In this document: positions 42,319-54,269 of the stretch, in pieces
Numbering within the stretch: the first letter of the stretch is position 1
How the letters are laid out: the number at the start of each line of letters is the position of its first letter
Source: Amoebidium appalachense
Taxonomy: Eukaryota > Protista > Ichthyosporea
DNA length: 64,000 nucleotides
Reading direction: 5' to 3'
Assembly (NCBI GenBank): GCA_963693365.1
Contig: CAVNZM010000004.1
Location: 950,448 to 1,014,447, forward strand
The notes under the pieces: model-generated
The model's database searches: none
What the model was told of the DNA's origin: nothing
The model's input: only the letters and a program-made list of their open reading frames with translations
Made by a program: the position numbers and the translations under genes

Positions 42319-42350
42319 GGGCTCCCCTCGGGACACTCGGTATCAGCTGG

Positions 42351-42425
<75 letters not shown>

Positions 42426-42429
42426 TGCG

Positions 42430-45400
42430 CTATAATTTTGTAGTGATGTGTTTCTCAAGCCAATCAATACATCTAATAAACAGGTCGTAGTTACGCGTGT
42501 TTAGTATAAAATCAAGGATGTTGTAATTTACAGGTAGGCTATCTTTCTGGGTGTCTGTTGTGAATGTGACGTGTGTGTGTTGCGGTATTATGTGGTCTAT
42601 CAAACTACATTTGGCGATACATGACCGGTTAAACTGGTGTGTGTGTGTGTTGTTTGGGCATGCAAATGATGCCACCTTATACTTATTAGATCTCCACTGT
42701 ATAGCACGTGTACAGTAAAAGCGTGGTAATTGATCAATAATACCATCAGCTAGAGAAAGACCAGTTCTACAGGAAGGTAATATGTATTTAGGTGTTATAC
42801 ACTTGCGAGTGCCATATTTGGCAATATGGTTGAGGCGGTCAGTATATATAAAACGAGACATAAGGCTTAGTTTTTCAAGGTGTATGCTTTCATCGGGTCT
42901 AGTGTCGTGTGGTATCTTTTTCCATTTGTTATATTGCGTGATTATCTTGTGATTGTGTACATGTTTAATAAGTAAGTGGCAGTCCAAAGTCACACACACA
43001 CTATTGCGGGGTTTATTTGTATTTGTGCCCAGGGGAGAAGGGGAGAGAGAGGGGAGGAAAGAGGGGAGAGGTGAGGAGGGGACAGGTCGGATAGAGAAGA
43101 GAGGGTGGGAGGGCAAATACTTCTTTAAGCGGCTTATGTGCTTATTGAATTTCAGCGCGAGATAGGATACTCTAGCAGCTATTGGGACCAGACCATATAT
43201 CGAGAGCGTTACAGGCCCAGGTTTACAACAGTTGTTAGATAGAAAGGAGGCAACTTCTGCTTCAAGGAAATTTGCCAAGGGTTTAAGCGCTCTAGTTCTC
43301 TCTTTCTTGATCCAAGCGGCGAGAAGGGGTAAACCATATTCACATGCCGGGAAGACAAAAGTGCGAATAAATGTAAGTCTAATAGAAGGATGGAGGGGTG
43401 TGTCTTTAAAAATATTAGCCGAGAAGAAAGCTAACCGCTTACGAGCCAACTCTACCCTCTTTTCGACCATATGGGGAAACATAACACCAACAGAATCAAC
43501 CGGAACACCAAGATATTTGTATTCTGGAACTATAGGTACAGGTTTAGATGATAATGTAAATGTGTGTAAATTGTTAGCTATATCAGGTACAAGAACACCA
43601 CATTTGTCTATGTTAAGGATCATAAGGTTTGCCTTGCACCACTCTGACACTACATCGAACAATCTTTGCAGGCGTCTAGGGGTACGGGCAAGGAGGGACA
43701 GATCATCAGCATAGAGAAGTGCAGGCGGAAAGTTATTAATAGGGTCATCGTTTTCGGCGTAAATCTTGACAGCCAAATCATCTATAAATAGGTTAAACAA
43801 AAAGGGGCTAAGCAATGAACCCTGCAAGAGACCTCTAGTACGAGCAAAACCATATGAAAGATGCCCATTAACCACAGCTCTACCATAGGTTTGAGACAAG
43901 AGTGCTTCTAACAGAACACCAATGCAGTGTGGTACACCCCGTGCAGCAAGCTTTTCCCATAGGAGACCAGGGGAGACAGAATCGTAAGCAGTTTTCCAAT
44001 CAATAAAGCCAACATATTGTGCACCAACTTGCATAGAATCGTGCAGTGCCATTATTTGAACATAACATGAATTGTTTTTACGAAAAGCGGATTGGCATGG
44101 GTGTATGTGAAGAATAGATTGAAACCTAGGGTGATGTGCAAATAACCTAAGTAAGCAAGCTTCAAAGAATCTACGAACAACCTGGGTTAGTGTAATGGGG
44201 CGAAAGGATGATATGGGGCCCTCAGAGTCCTTCTTAACTATGGGGATCACTAAGGTATCTAACCAAGATGACGGGACATGTCCACATTTAACACACCAAG
44301 AAAAGAGAGAGCTTAACATGATAGTAAGATCAGGTTTAATAGCACGATCACTTTCCTTTTGTGGGTAGGAGGGAACAAGGATTTTAAGAAACCCAGCAGG
44401 GAGTCCATCAGGTCCACAAGACTTACTAGAGCTATAACTAGATATCACAGACCATATGGCATCGGGACTGAAAAAGGGGAGGATCGATTCTATGGGGATA
44501 GATGGGTCTACAGGCCACACAATAGGTTTCTGAGCGGGGGTCCTATCTTTAAACAGTTCCGAGAAATACTTATCAGAGTCTATGAGGGGGTCTCCAGTGG
44601 TATCACCAATAATACGAGCAGGGGGGCCAAATCGATTCATACTAGCAAGCCGGCGCAAGCTTTCCTTTTGAGACAGGGGTTCACCTAGTCTAGCGGGAGT
44701 GGTGTTTGGTAACAAGAGAGCATCGGGGTATTCCTTCCTACCACCGCCAGCATAATCACCGAGATCTATCAAATCATCAACAATAAAGTTAGTGCATGTA
44801 TCTAGTACGAGATGTGAATCTGGCCTGGCTTGTGCAGATTCTAATAGGCGCATATATATAGGGTGTTTCGTAGCATAGCATACACATACATCAACTCTAC
44901 CCCACTGTGACTTAAGCTGGGATAGACGGAGGCGAAAGGTGGGAGGGGGAGGGGGGAGCAGATCAAGGGAGATCTTAGGTAGGAAAAGGATAGGAGAGTG
45001 GTCAGATGACCTAGAGAGGTTAGGAGGGAGAGAGAGTTTTGACATGGTTGATGGCCAAAAGGCCACTCCCCAGTCGGTGTTGTGGGCATGGGATATTTGA
45101 GGGAACCGCAAAGTGTGACTTTGGACATACCTTGCTAAAGGGATAGCACGCTCCGGGGGCTTAGATGGGTACCCGACACTCACTTGCAGTGTGTCTGTGT
45201 GGTGGAGTCGCGTGTTAAAATCACCTAAAATAACAGTGGACATTGGTAACTGTGACAACTCGTGAGTCAATTCGACAACCGACATAGATGGTGGGTAATA
45301 TACAAAAGTAAAAACATTAGAAAGAAACTCTATAGAAACCGAGAATTCCGTTTTTGCTACCGGTTTGCACTTCACTCTCACGTGTGGTGCGGCAAGTACA

Positions 45401-45624
45401 ATAATGCCTCGGTTTTTCGCGTAACCGGGGTGTGTGGATGTGTCGACCAATGTAGAGTTGAATTTGTGGTGGTTTTTAAACTGTGTTTCGCAAATCACTG
45501 TAAACGTGTGGTTGTTTGTCTGTTGTTGTATGTAGCTGATTTTATCGTCGAGTGTCCCGGGGGGGAGGCCCTTTTGGGGGCCCAGTGTCCGAGCATTCCA
45601 GAAGAAGAAGGATAAATTAGGCAT
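42430..45624 (-). CDS. LINE ORF2: apurinic endonuclease + reverse transcriptase + C-terminal Cys/His module (1064 aa)
   Basis: APE motifs WNAR, ICET, VYYPP, LGDFN and SDHSPI. RT motifs GPDG, RPITL, FIDWKTAYDSV, GLLQGSLLSPFLF, LYADD and YKYLG. Confidence 0.95.
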   Translation of the reverse strand: MPNLSFFFWNARTLGPQKGLPPGTLDDKISYIQQQTNNHTFTVICETQFKNHHKFNSTLVDTSTHPGYAKNRGIIVLAAPHVRVKCKPVAKTEFSVSIEFLSNVFTFVYYPPSMSVVELTHELSQLPMSTVILGDFNTRLHHTDTLQVSVGYPSKPPERAIPLARYVQSHTLRFPQISHAHNTDWGVAFWPSTMSKLSLPPNLSRSSDHSPILFLPKISLDLLPPPPPTFRLRLSQLKSQWGRVDVCVCYATKHPIYMRLLESAQARPDSHLVLDTCTNFIVDDLIDLGDYAGGGRKEYPDALLLPNTTPARLGEPLSQKESLRRLASMNRFGPPARIIGDTTGDPLIDSDKYFSELFKDRTPAQKPIVWPVDPSIPIESILPFFSPDAIWSVISSYSSSKSCGPDGLPAGFLKILVPSYPQKESDRAIKPDLTIMLSSLFSWCVKCGHVPSSWLDTLVIPIVKKDSEGPISSFRPITLTQVVRRFFEACLLRLFAHHPRFQSILHIHPCQSAFRKNNSCYVQIMALHDSMQVGAQYVGFIDWKTAYDSVSPGLLWEKLAARGVPHCIGVLLEALLSQTYGRAVVNGHLSYGFARTRGLLQGSLLSPFLFNLFIDDLAVKIYAENDDPINNFPPALLYADDLSLLARTPRRLQRLFDVVSEWCKANLMILNIDKCGVLVPDIANNLHTFTLSSKPVPIVPEYKYLGVPVDSVGVMFPHMVEKRVELARKRLAFFSANIFKDTPLHPSIRLTFIRTFVFPACEYGLPLLAAWIKKERTRALKPLANFLEAEVASFLSNNCCKPGPVTLSIYGLVPIAARVSYLALKFNKHISRLKKYLPSHPLFSIRPVPSSPLPSFLPSLSPSPLGTNTNKPRNSVCVTLDCHLLIKHVHNHKIITQYNKWKKIPHDTRPDESIHLEKLSLMSRFIYTDRLNHIAKYGTRKCITPKYILPSCRTGLSLADGIIDQLPRFYCTRAIQWRSNKYKVASFACPNNTHTHQFNRSCIAKCSLIDHIIPQHTHVTFTTDTQKDSLPVNYNILDFILNTRNYDLFIRCIDWLEKHITTKL

Positions 45625-46801
45625 CGGTTTGGTCCGACACCTGTGGGGTTGGTTCCCACTTGTCGCTTACGGGGTCGTATGCACGACCTTCCGCCAGCGC
45701 GAACAGTTCGCAGAAGAGCTCGATTTCCATCTCGCATCGGCGTTTGCGCTCGAGCAGTTTCTCACCAGAAAACATTGGTTCCTTCGTGTCCGTGTCTATC
45801 ACGCTCGTAGCATCGTTTTCCAACTTTGCGAGGAACTCTTTTGCCTTGCTGATGCGTACACGACAACGTGTGGCGCACGCATTCTTAGCAGACACTTTAC
45901 GTTCTTTGTCTGCTTTCTGAATGTTTTCCGGCGCGCATGGGTCGTAGCTTGGGAGGTGGGTGAAGAAGCTTCCACACCCCTTTGTCGCGTCACGGATGAA
46001 CGCACGGTTATAGTCGCCCCGTACTGCTACTTCCAGCACATCGTATCCAATGAAGGACAGACAAAGGATGCGAGAGCACCGGAAGCCGAGAGCCTTGAAG
46101 ATGGACCACATGGCCCTGTGTGGGCGTCTGCCGTGCTTGACTTTGAAATACACCCTCTCGTATTTGGGTGGGATGTTGATGTTACCGTTTGCTTGGGTGT
46201 TCCCCTTAGCCGGCGGTTTGGGAGGGGAGTTGCGGCGGTACTCGTTGCCTGCAAGAATGCTGGCATATGTTTCCTTGGCAATTTGGCGGAGCTCGGGTGT
46301 TTTACGAGAGTTCGCATATTCTAGGAACTCTGCCGGGAGCTGTGCTTCCGGTCCTGTGTTGTTTTGTGTTGGGGTGGAAATGTCTCCGTCGCGAGATGTT
46401 TGCTCATGAGTTTTGGGGTTTTGCGATCCACTAATGTTTAGCTGGGCTGTGAGTGAATCAATGGTGAGCTTGAGTTGGGTATTTTCTGTTTGGAGTTTTT
46501 CTATCATGTTCTTGAGTGGTAACAGCTCATTTAGCTGTTTCTTAACGAGGGCAAGTTCTGCCAGTACTGTATCAACCGAAAGTTTCGGCATGGTTGTTAT
46601 TGTGTTTCTACGGAGTGGTGTGGTGTTATTCTGAATGGGTAGTGTATTGTAAATAGGTGTTGCGCTTAGTCTAAGGCGATGTTTTTCTGGTTGTGCATCT
46701 GTGGTAGGTGTATCTGCTGGACGTTTTAATGGTCGCACATGTGTGATGGGTGTAGATGGAACTTTGAAAGAGGTTCTGAAACGATTATAGGCATGTGCCA
46801 T
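45617..46801 (-). CDS. LINE ORF1 (coiled coil plus conserved alpha/beta domain, 394 aa)
   Basis: Heptad region LAELALVKKQL..LQTENTQLKLTIDSL; lies directly upstream of ORF2 and overlaps it by 8 nt. Confidence 0.85.
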   Translation of the reverse strand: MAHAYNRFRTSFKVPSTPITHVRPLKRPADTPTTDAQPEKHRLRLSATPIYNTLPIQNNTTPLRRNTITTMPKLSVDTVLAELALVKKQLNELLPLKNMIEKLQTENTQLKLTIDSLTAQLNISGSQNPKTHEQTSRDGDISTPTQNNTGPEAQLPAEFLEYANSRKTPELRQIAKETYASILAGNEYRRNSPPKPPAKGNTQANGNINIPPKYERVYFKVKHGRRPHRAMWSIFKALGFRCSRILCLSFIGYDVLEVAVRGDYNRAFIRDATKGCGSFFTHLPSYDPCAPENIQKADKERKVSAKNACATRCRVRISKAKEFLAKLENDATSVIDTDTKEPMFSGEKLLERKRRCEMEIELFCELFALAEGRAYDPVSDKWEPTPQVSDQTDA

Positions 46802-46906
46802 GACATGGATGGGGGTGTTCCCCGGCCCTTAGGGCCACGGATGGCCTGGTTTAGGGGTGGATGCGCGAAGGATACTATTTATTAGCAGATAATAAAGAGC
46901 GACATT

Positions 46907-47086
46907 TGAATCGATGTGTGCGACTGAATCGATGTGTGCGACTGAATCGATGTGTGCGACTGAATCGATGTGTGCGACTGAATCGATGTGTGCGACTGAA
47001 TCGATGTGTGCGACTGAATCGATGTGTGCGACTGAATCGATGTGTGCGACTGAATCGATGTGTGCGACTGAATCGATGTGTGCGAC
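46907..47086 (-). repeat. Ten perfect 18-bp tandem repeats (GTCGCACACATCGATTCA) forming the LINE 5' end
   Basis: Exactly 180 bp of identical units with no spacers. Confidence 0.97.
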
Positions 47087-48476
47087 ATATGCTCTGGATC
47101 CCCGCCCTTGTGGATAGCTCCAAGCCACCTATAGCTGCCTGTTGCAGGGATGCTTGTGTCTGATTGGACATAATCACCTGTGCAGATACCATATCAGGAA
47201 GGCAGGCGGAAGGGTCTGACTTCAAGGCTACTCGTTTAACTCTAGGCCGTATTATATTTCCTGGCATCTCCCCCCCTCCCCCGCGCCGGCCAAAGAAAAA
47301 AACCTCCGATGGCCCTCTTCTTCTCTCCCCCCCCCCCCCCCCCTCTCCCCCCTCCCCCCTCCCCGTCCTAACCCTCTGTCTCCCGCCATCTTTTACCTCT
47401 ATACAGCCTATCCCCCGAGCACGCAGTTCTTTCCGTAGCCCGTCCCCCCCCCCCCTCCAACCCCCTCCCCCTGCCCACCCACTGCTCTCTTGCTACACCG
47501 ATCCCTGTTATACAGGAAAGAATACACGAATCCGTGATCCCTCATAGTTGTGATGGGGCTTATTCGTGTGTGAGATGGGGAGGGGGTTTGCTAGGGGGAA
47601 GGTGGGGAGGGAATGGGCAAGCACAGGGGCGGTTTGAACACAGCAAGAGAGATGGTGGGGGTGCACGGTGGAAGACGGGGGGGAAAGAGGGGGGGGGGGG
47701 GGGTCCTACGTAAATTTCGTTTCCATCGGTAGAAACCACGAGATCATTTTCCAATTTCGACTGTGTGATATCTCTTAGAACCCCTTTCAGGGCCGATTTC
47801 TGTCACCTCGTCATGCAGTATATTCCTATCTGGCCACATTCGTAAGTTCACTAGAGCCCCCCTCTCTTGGCACGCAAACTCTACGGAGTGGGTTTTACAC
47901 CCTGCACACGTTGCATTTCTGAAGGGTCGCTTAGTGGAGCATGTGGTGGTGACTGAAAGGCGGTTTGCTGTGCACTCTTGCTAAGATTGGGTATGTGGAT
48001 TTGTTGATGTTAACCTGTCGAGGAGAGGGGGGGGGGGGGGGGGGGGGGGAGGGTGGTGTAGGTCCTGGGGGAGGGGGGGGGGAAGTGGGGGAGGAAGGGG
48101 AGTTAGGATGGATTTTGGAAGGAGAAAGGGGGGGAGGGGGGGGAGGGGGGAGGTAGGAAGGAGGAGGGGAGGGGGGGGGGGGGGGGGGGGGTGAACGATT
48201 AGGAAAGAAGTATCGGTGTGGCTGCATGCTGCTACTAGAAAGCGCAGAGTGCCTGAATGTGATGATGGCACAAAGAGAGACCTGGGGACAGAAGTAGAGC
48301 TGTGATTTCTTTCTTTCTTTCTTTTTTTTTTGTGGGTGGGTGTGGGGGGAGGGGGGGGGGGGGGGGGGGGGGGGTATTAAACGGAGCTATATTTGGGTGG
48401 AGGAAGGCATGGGTAGCTGTATTTGAAAGCAGCTGACAGGAAGGGAGGGGTGGGGTTGGCTAATTGGTTCGAGGGG

Positions 48477-48510
<34 letters not shown>

Positions 48511-48657
48511 GGGAGGGGGGGGGGAGGGGGGGAGGGAATGGGGGCAGGGGATTGGAAGCCTTTATTTCCTCAAGGTTCCCTGCCCGTTTTATTTTGTGAC
48601 TCTGCGGTATAGGATGGCGCCCGGGCGGGAGAGACCTCCTTTACATCCCCCCCCCCC

Positions 48658-48698
<41 letters not shown>

Positions 48699-49415
48699 AC
48701 ACACACACACCATCTTTTCCTTACAGTATTTTGGTGTGATAATTTTTTTTCGTAGGTGTGATTTTGTGTGTGTGTGGGGGGGGGAGGGGGGGGGGGGGGG
48801 GGGGGGGAGGGGGGGGGTAGCTTACCGTGGAACCATTTTTGTGAATGCACGTGGCATCTACAACTGCACCCAAAACCCCCTCAAGGGCTTCGAGGGAAGG
48901 GCAGCATCGAATAGTGGTTTCCCGTCAAAATCAGCTGCTGCGAAATTTTGCTTCCATCGAAAACGGCGGGGTCCAATGACGCAAGAGGATTAAAACTCAG
49001 GTCTAGCGTGTGTATATATAGTCCACGAAATTGGTTGGGTTGCAAATCTTGTACACTGCTTTGGGATAGGTTTACCGTTACATTGTTGGTGGTTATCCCA
49101 TGGAAAAAGTTTGCTGGGGGATAATAGAATGAGGTTTTGGAAAAATTTAGAAGGGTGACATTAACATAGACCGGAGAGAGTTGCTGCAATAGTGCGGGAT
49201 AGAACACAGCTTTGCATGTGAATTTTCACGAGTTGGGTCGTAAATTTGAAGGGGGATCCTTGCAACACCACCAAGCGGCCTCTGCATGGAACGGGTGGCA
49301 TAATGTTAGCACTAACGACACACACACACACTTCCAAGCTGCCCACACACGTCTCCAAGTGCGCGCACACACATGCACACACGCACACACGTACCCACGC
49401 ACACACACACACACA

Positions 49416-49510
<95 letters not shown>

Positions 49511-49775
49511 ACAAAAGAGTCCAGCCTCTCCCTCCCCCCCTCCGGTGCTGTGCTGTGCTTTCAATAAAACAAGACTCGGAAGAAAAACGGAGAATTGGTC
49601 AGGGTTAAGAGAAAACGGAGAAAAAAAGGGACCATCAGAAAGAAACATGATTAGTGAGTCCCCTCACGGTAGGTGTTTTGCCCCGGGGCATAATACCTTC
49701 CAATGTAGTTGGATCCTCTTTTGGATGCATCGATACACTCTACGATGAGGTTCCGTGTGTGTGTGTGTGTGTGTG

Positions 49776-49810
<35 letters not shown>

Positions 49811-49898
49811 CGCGCGCGTGCGTGCGTGCGTGCATGCGTGCGTATGTGTGTGTGTGTGTGCGGGCCGGCGCGCGCGCGTGTGTGTAAGTGTGTGTGTG

Positions 49899-49984
<86 letters not shown>

Positions 49985-50583
49985 GCGTGCACATGTGTGT
50001 GTGTGTGTTTTTGGTTCGGTCAGCCAGTCAGCATGTGAATCTGCACAAGTTGCCGGCTGTGTGAAGGGCAGTGGGTAATGTTTCGAGATATAGAAGTCTA
50101 CCACTTACACCCATGCTGGTGATCTCGTGCTCCATCTAGGAGTGAGAGAAGGAGGGGGAGGGGGGATGGGGGGGGAGGGGGTTCGGGTCAAAGGATAGGA
50201 GTAGAAACTAGTACACCGAGATGCTTTGTTGGCCATATGTAATGCATGGTCCACGCCCAACTTGCCATAAATAGGTCTAAACGTTTTATTCTTTAAGCAG
50301 CCTGTTGCAATCACATGCCAATCAGAACATGCCATTTGATTGCCTGGCTTTGCAACCAGTTATAACTTAAATTAATATACCTTTAGGTTGGCCATGGTCC
50401 AAATGTTGTTTCATTAATGTATTTTGTGCCAGGCCGCGGTACTCGTTTGTCATCCATCCCCAGGTGAAGAAACTGTAGTGCGCCCATCGCCCTGAATGGT
50501 AAGGGGGGGGGGGGGGGGGGGGGTTGAGTAACGGTGGTAAAAATGTGTTTTAAATGCCATATGGTGTTTATATGTGTTCTTTG

Positions 50584-50644
<61 letters not shown>

Positions 50645-53600
50645 CGTGCGTGCGTGTGTGTGTGCGTGTGTGTGTTGTGTGATTATATGTGTGTGCTCCC
50701 CCCCCCCCCCCCCCCCCCCCTCCCCACACCCGTGTGTGTGCCCACGCGAGTTTGTATGTGAGCATGTATGCATACCTGTGTCACGGTGTGTGCAGTTGTT
50801 TACTTATGCTTTTCGATGTTTTCCTAATGTATGACTAAATGTATGACCATCAAGTAAAATTTTATTGTGTAACCGATGATATGTATGGTTGTTTTTCATC
50901 TGTTTGTTGCTGCAATATCAACCAATATAAGGTATGAATGGGGGAAAAGAGATTTAATCTTATTAGGCGAAGCCTGAAACATAATGAGCTGAGTGGTGCA
51001 GAAAGAAAACAGCCGAATTATCGGGAGGAGGGGAGGGATGGGGGAGGGGGGGAGGGGGGGGGGAGGGGGGGGGGGGTAAAACATTTACTGAAAGAACTCA
51101 GGTACAAGTGTGAAGCTATCATAATGCTTGATCAAGAGATGCGTTAGATTCTTCAGACCAGCAACGTCTCGTGGGTAAAGTATCTCTCTGTGTGTGTGTG
51201 GGTGGGTGGGTGGGTGGGGGGGGGGGGGGGGGGGGGGGGGTATACTCCAAATTCTCACCAAATACTGGAGATTGGTCACAAGGAAAGAGGTTGCAGGGTT
51301 TAAACTCGTATGGTGGGGGAAAGGCCGCAGACTATTTATAACAACACGGATTGATAACTGCAGAGCAAGGGAAAGAATTTACAATCTCTACTGGCAGTGA
51401 TTTGTAATTTTGTTATACATAAACACTTGTGGAGATTATCACCGACACACGAAAACTCCTGGTTCTTGGTTTGGGAGGGGGTAAAGGGACCCATACTCCG
51501 CTTCCATAATGATTTTCCTTCTTTAGGAAGCCTTCCCCTCTCTCCCTCTCCTTCCTCCCCCCCCCCCCTCCCTCCCCTCCCATTTTTTTCTTTTTTCTTC
51601 AAGAGAAGGGGGGTGGGGGGGGGGGGGGGGGGGGGGGGGGAGGGGGGCTTATAGGGGGCAGGGTTGGGAGGGAGGGAGAGTAGAGTGGTGGGGAGGAGCC
51701 AACTTCACCCACCCTCTTCAGCCAGTGTGCATCAAACTCAAGTGATTCCAAATTAGACAACCCATCAAACGACCCAGCATTTTTCCCATCTGACTCATTG
51801 GCAGGGGTCCATGGAAGTAACAGTTGAAGACTGTTCAGTTGTCCCCCTATACCCTTTTTACAGGTCATGTGACAGGATGACTACTGGTGTGTCGATGTAC
51901 GTTGGATACACACCCTTTATAAAACCCTGTTTCTGTGTGTGGGTGTGGTGATGAGAGAGTAGGGACGTGAGAATTAGTAGAGGAGAAGGAGGGGAGCAAG
52001 AGTGTTTCGAACTAAGGGTGGAGCACGAAGGGGCCATGGCCACGAGAGGGGGGGGGGGGGGGGGGGGGGGGGACGGGGGCAGGTCCTGAAAGCAAGAGAT
52101 AGGGTAAGTAGAAGAATAATGAGGAAAAAATGGAGAGAGAACCTAGCAGAAATGTTGAGGTATGCATTGTGGGAGAATTTAACACCATTATGGTGGCTAA
52201 GCCCTGGAATGCTTGTCGTGGTCTGAGCAGGCTTGTGGCTTGTGTACGCCCCCCCCCTTGCAAACGCATGTGGCCCCGCACGTGCGCATGCTGCCACCCA
52301 TATCGCTAAGCTACACTGCCGACTTCACGTGCTTTTCAATTCTATCTCGTCATGGTTTTGATGTGCATGTGTCACGTTGCGTGTGTTCACGATGTGTATG
52401 TGTACGTTTGTGAGTGTATGTACATGCTGACGTGGCCTCGCTAGCATCCGCCTGTGTGCCTGTGTCCCTGTGTATCATGATGTATCAATATGTGCAAGGA
52501 CATGTCCGTGTGTATGCGCACGCATGTGTGTGTTTGTGTGTACGTGTGTATGTGCGCACAGTGTTTGCTAGCCATGTAATTATGCAATATTAGCGCGTGA
52601 GGTGTGTACATGCATGCAGTCTCTTTGTTTGTATGTGGATTATTGTGAATTCAGTGACAATGTCTCAAAGCGACATTATGACAAGAAATCTGCCTGTGTA
52701 CGCATACTACGTTTCAATGTATTCACCGCCGGGGCCCGTGGTATAAATAAAACCTACTTTTAGCGCAGGAAACTTCTCAAGAGCAAACGTTTCGCGGTTC
52801 AGAGGATAAGTTGCATTGATGTCACGAGACAACCACAGTAGTAGATTCCTCACCGTACCCACGCCAAAGTTACCCTTTTCGCTAACTAGGTTTGGAACCT
52901 CCAGGTGTTCGTTTGGCACCCCCTCTTCCAGGTTCAACCCAGGGCAAAACGAGGTTTTCCCTTTTGCATAGTCATTCGACCAAGAGCTATCTATTGCCAT
53001 CGTTTTCTTTTACCTCTATTAACCCATTCTTGTTTATGGTTCCACCCACCAGCTTATCTTTATCGAGAAACTCTTCATAACCCAAATCCCAACCGTATAC
53101 ACAGTTGAAAGGGATGTCACCTAGAGTGTCTTTGCACGTTTCGTAGCGAGAGTAGCACGTGAATCGTAGCGCATTTGTCACTAGGTTCAGCGACAATGCG
53201 AACACACACGCCACAAGTTTTTTCTACGTCATGTTTGCCCCACCTCCACTACCACCAAAAGTAACAGGCATGAGTATTATTGTACGCCTTGTACAAGGCA
53301 CATATCATATACATTAATGATAGGGCTTTTATGTATAATCTCTGAGTTATCATGATAACTCTGACTGTGTTCCGAGGTACTGTAAATCGGCTGACTGGAC
53401 AAACTGTGTGCGGCGCTGAGCGCCCGTAAGTGCAGCCAACGAGGGGGGTTTACACACTATTTATTGCTGTGGAAACTGGTATACGTCTGGGGATCAGCCT
53501 CAATCGACGGCCAGGCTGCGTTTTAAATTTCCAGCAACGACTCAGAGTTTCGTCATCACAGCTGACATTCCTTCTAACAATAACCAATCCAAACACACCT

Positions 53601-53990
53601 TTACCTAGAGTATCAGCCAATGAAAGGATCTCTATGAATCGTCATCCCAACTCTCATCCCAACCAGTCATCACAACTTTATTAGCTGTAGCATACTGGGT
53701 TATGTACTTGAGTTCAAGGCTCCCATAAAAAATTCTGAAAAATTTGAGGGAAGAAAAAAACGCATGTCCCGTTCTAGATAGCCGAAGGAGAAAAATCGGA
53801 AAATCGACAGTTTGGTACGTCGGCTGATCGTCATCCCAAATCTACGGCTACCCCCAACCTCCTAAACTCTATTTGGCTGGACTCCGGCCTATTAAAAAAA
53901 GGGAATGTACATATAAATACATTCTAGGTAAGCACTGCATACGCCAATATATTCAAACAAAATATTAAATATATTCTGTGTATGCAATAC

Positions 53991-54269
53991 CTAAGAACAG
54001 AGACTGCATAAAAACACATTTGTACGTGTGAGGGCGGGGGGGGGGGGGGGGGGGGGGGGGGGAGAGGAGGGAGGGTGGGGGGGGGGGGGGGGGGGTTGTG
54101 GGCGGAGGGGGGGGGAGGGGGGGGGGGGGGGGGGGTTGGTCATTGTGTTCATAGAAGCTAGTTCTAGTGCACGTTGTTCCTTCTGTAAGTCAGAAATGAT
54201 TGCATCTTGTGAGGCCAACCTCTGCTCCAGTAGTTGGACTAGTTGCTGCAACTGTAAGTTGTCAGACAT
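53991..54269 (-). other. Short coiled-coil ORF start behind a TATA box; possible gag/ORF1-like remnant or first exon
   Basis: MSDNLQLQQLVQLLEQRLASQDAIISDLQKEQ runs into poly-C; CTATATAAAG on the minus strand at 54381-54390. Confidence 0.3.

Larger units (their letters stand above)
42277..47086 (-). mobile_element. Full-length non-LTR retrotransposon (LINE), 4.8 kb, apparently intact
   Basis: 5' tandem array, ORF1, overlapping ORF2, 3' UTR with (CA)n, and an A38 tail (T run 42277-42314). Confidence 0.93.

Noticed and set aside
46907-47086. CRISPR-like array next to a reverse transcriptase (also considered for 16553-17050)
   Set aside because: Units are contiguous with no unique spacers, there are no cas genes, and the context is eukaryotic.
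42266-47105. Target-site duplication for the intact LINE (CGGGGA near both ends)
   Set aside because: Only 6 bp match, and the upstream copy is about 12 bp away from the 5' junction; not convincing.
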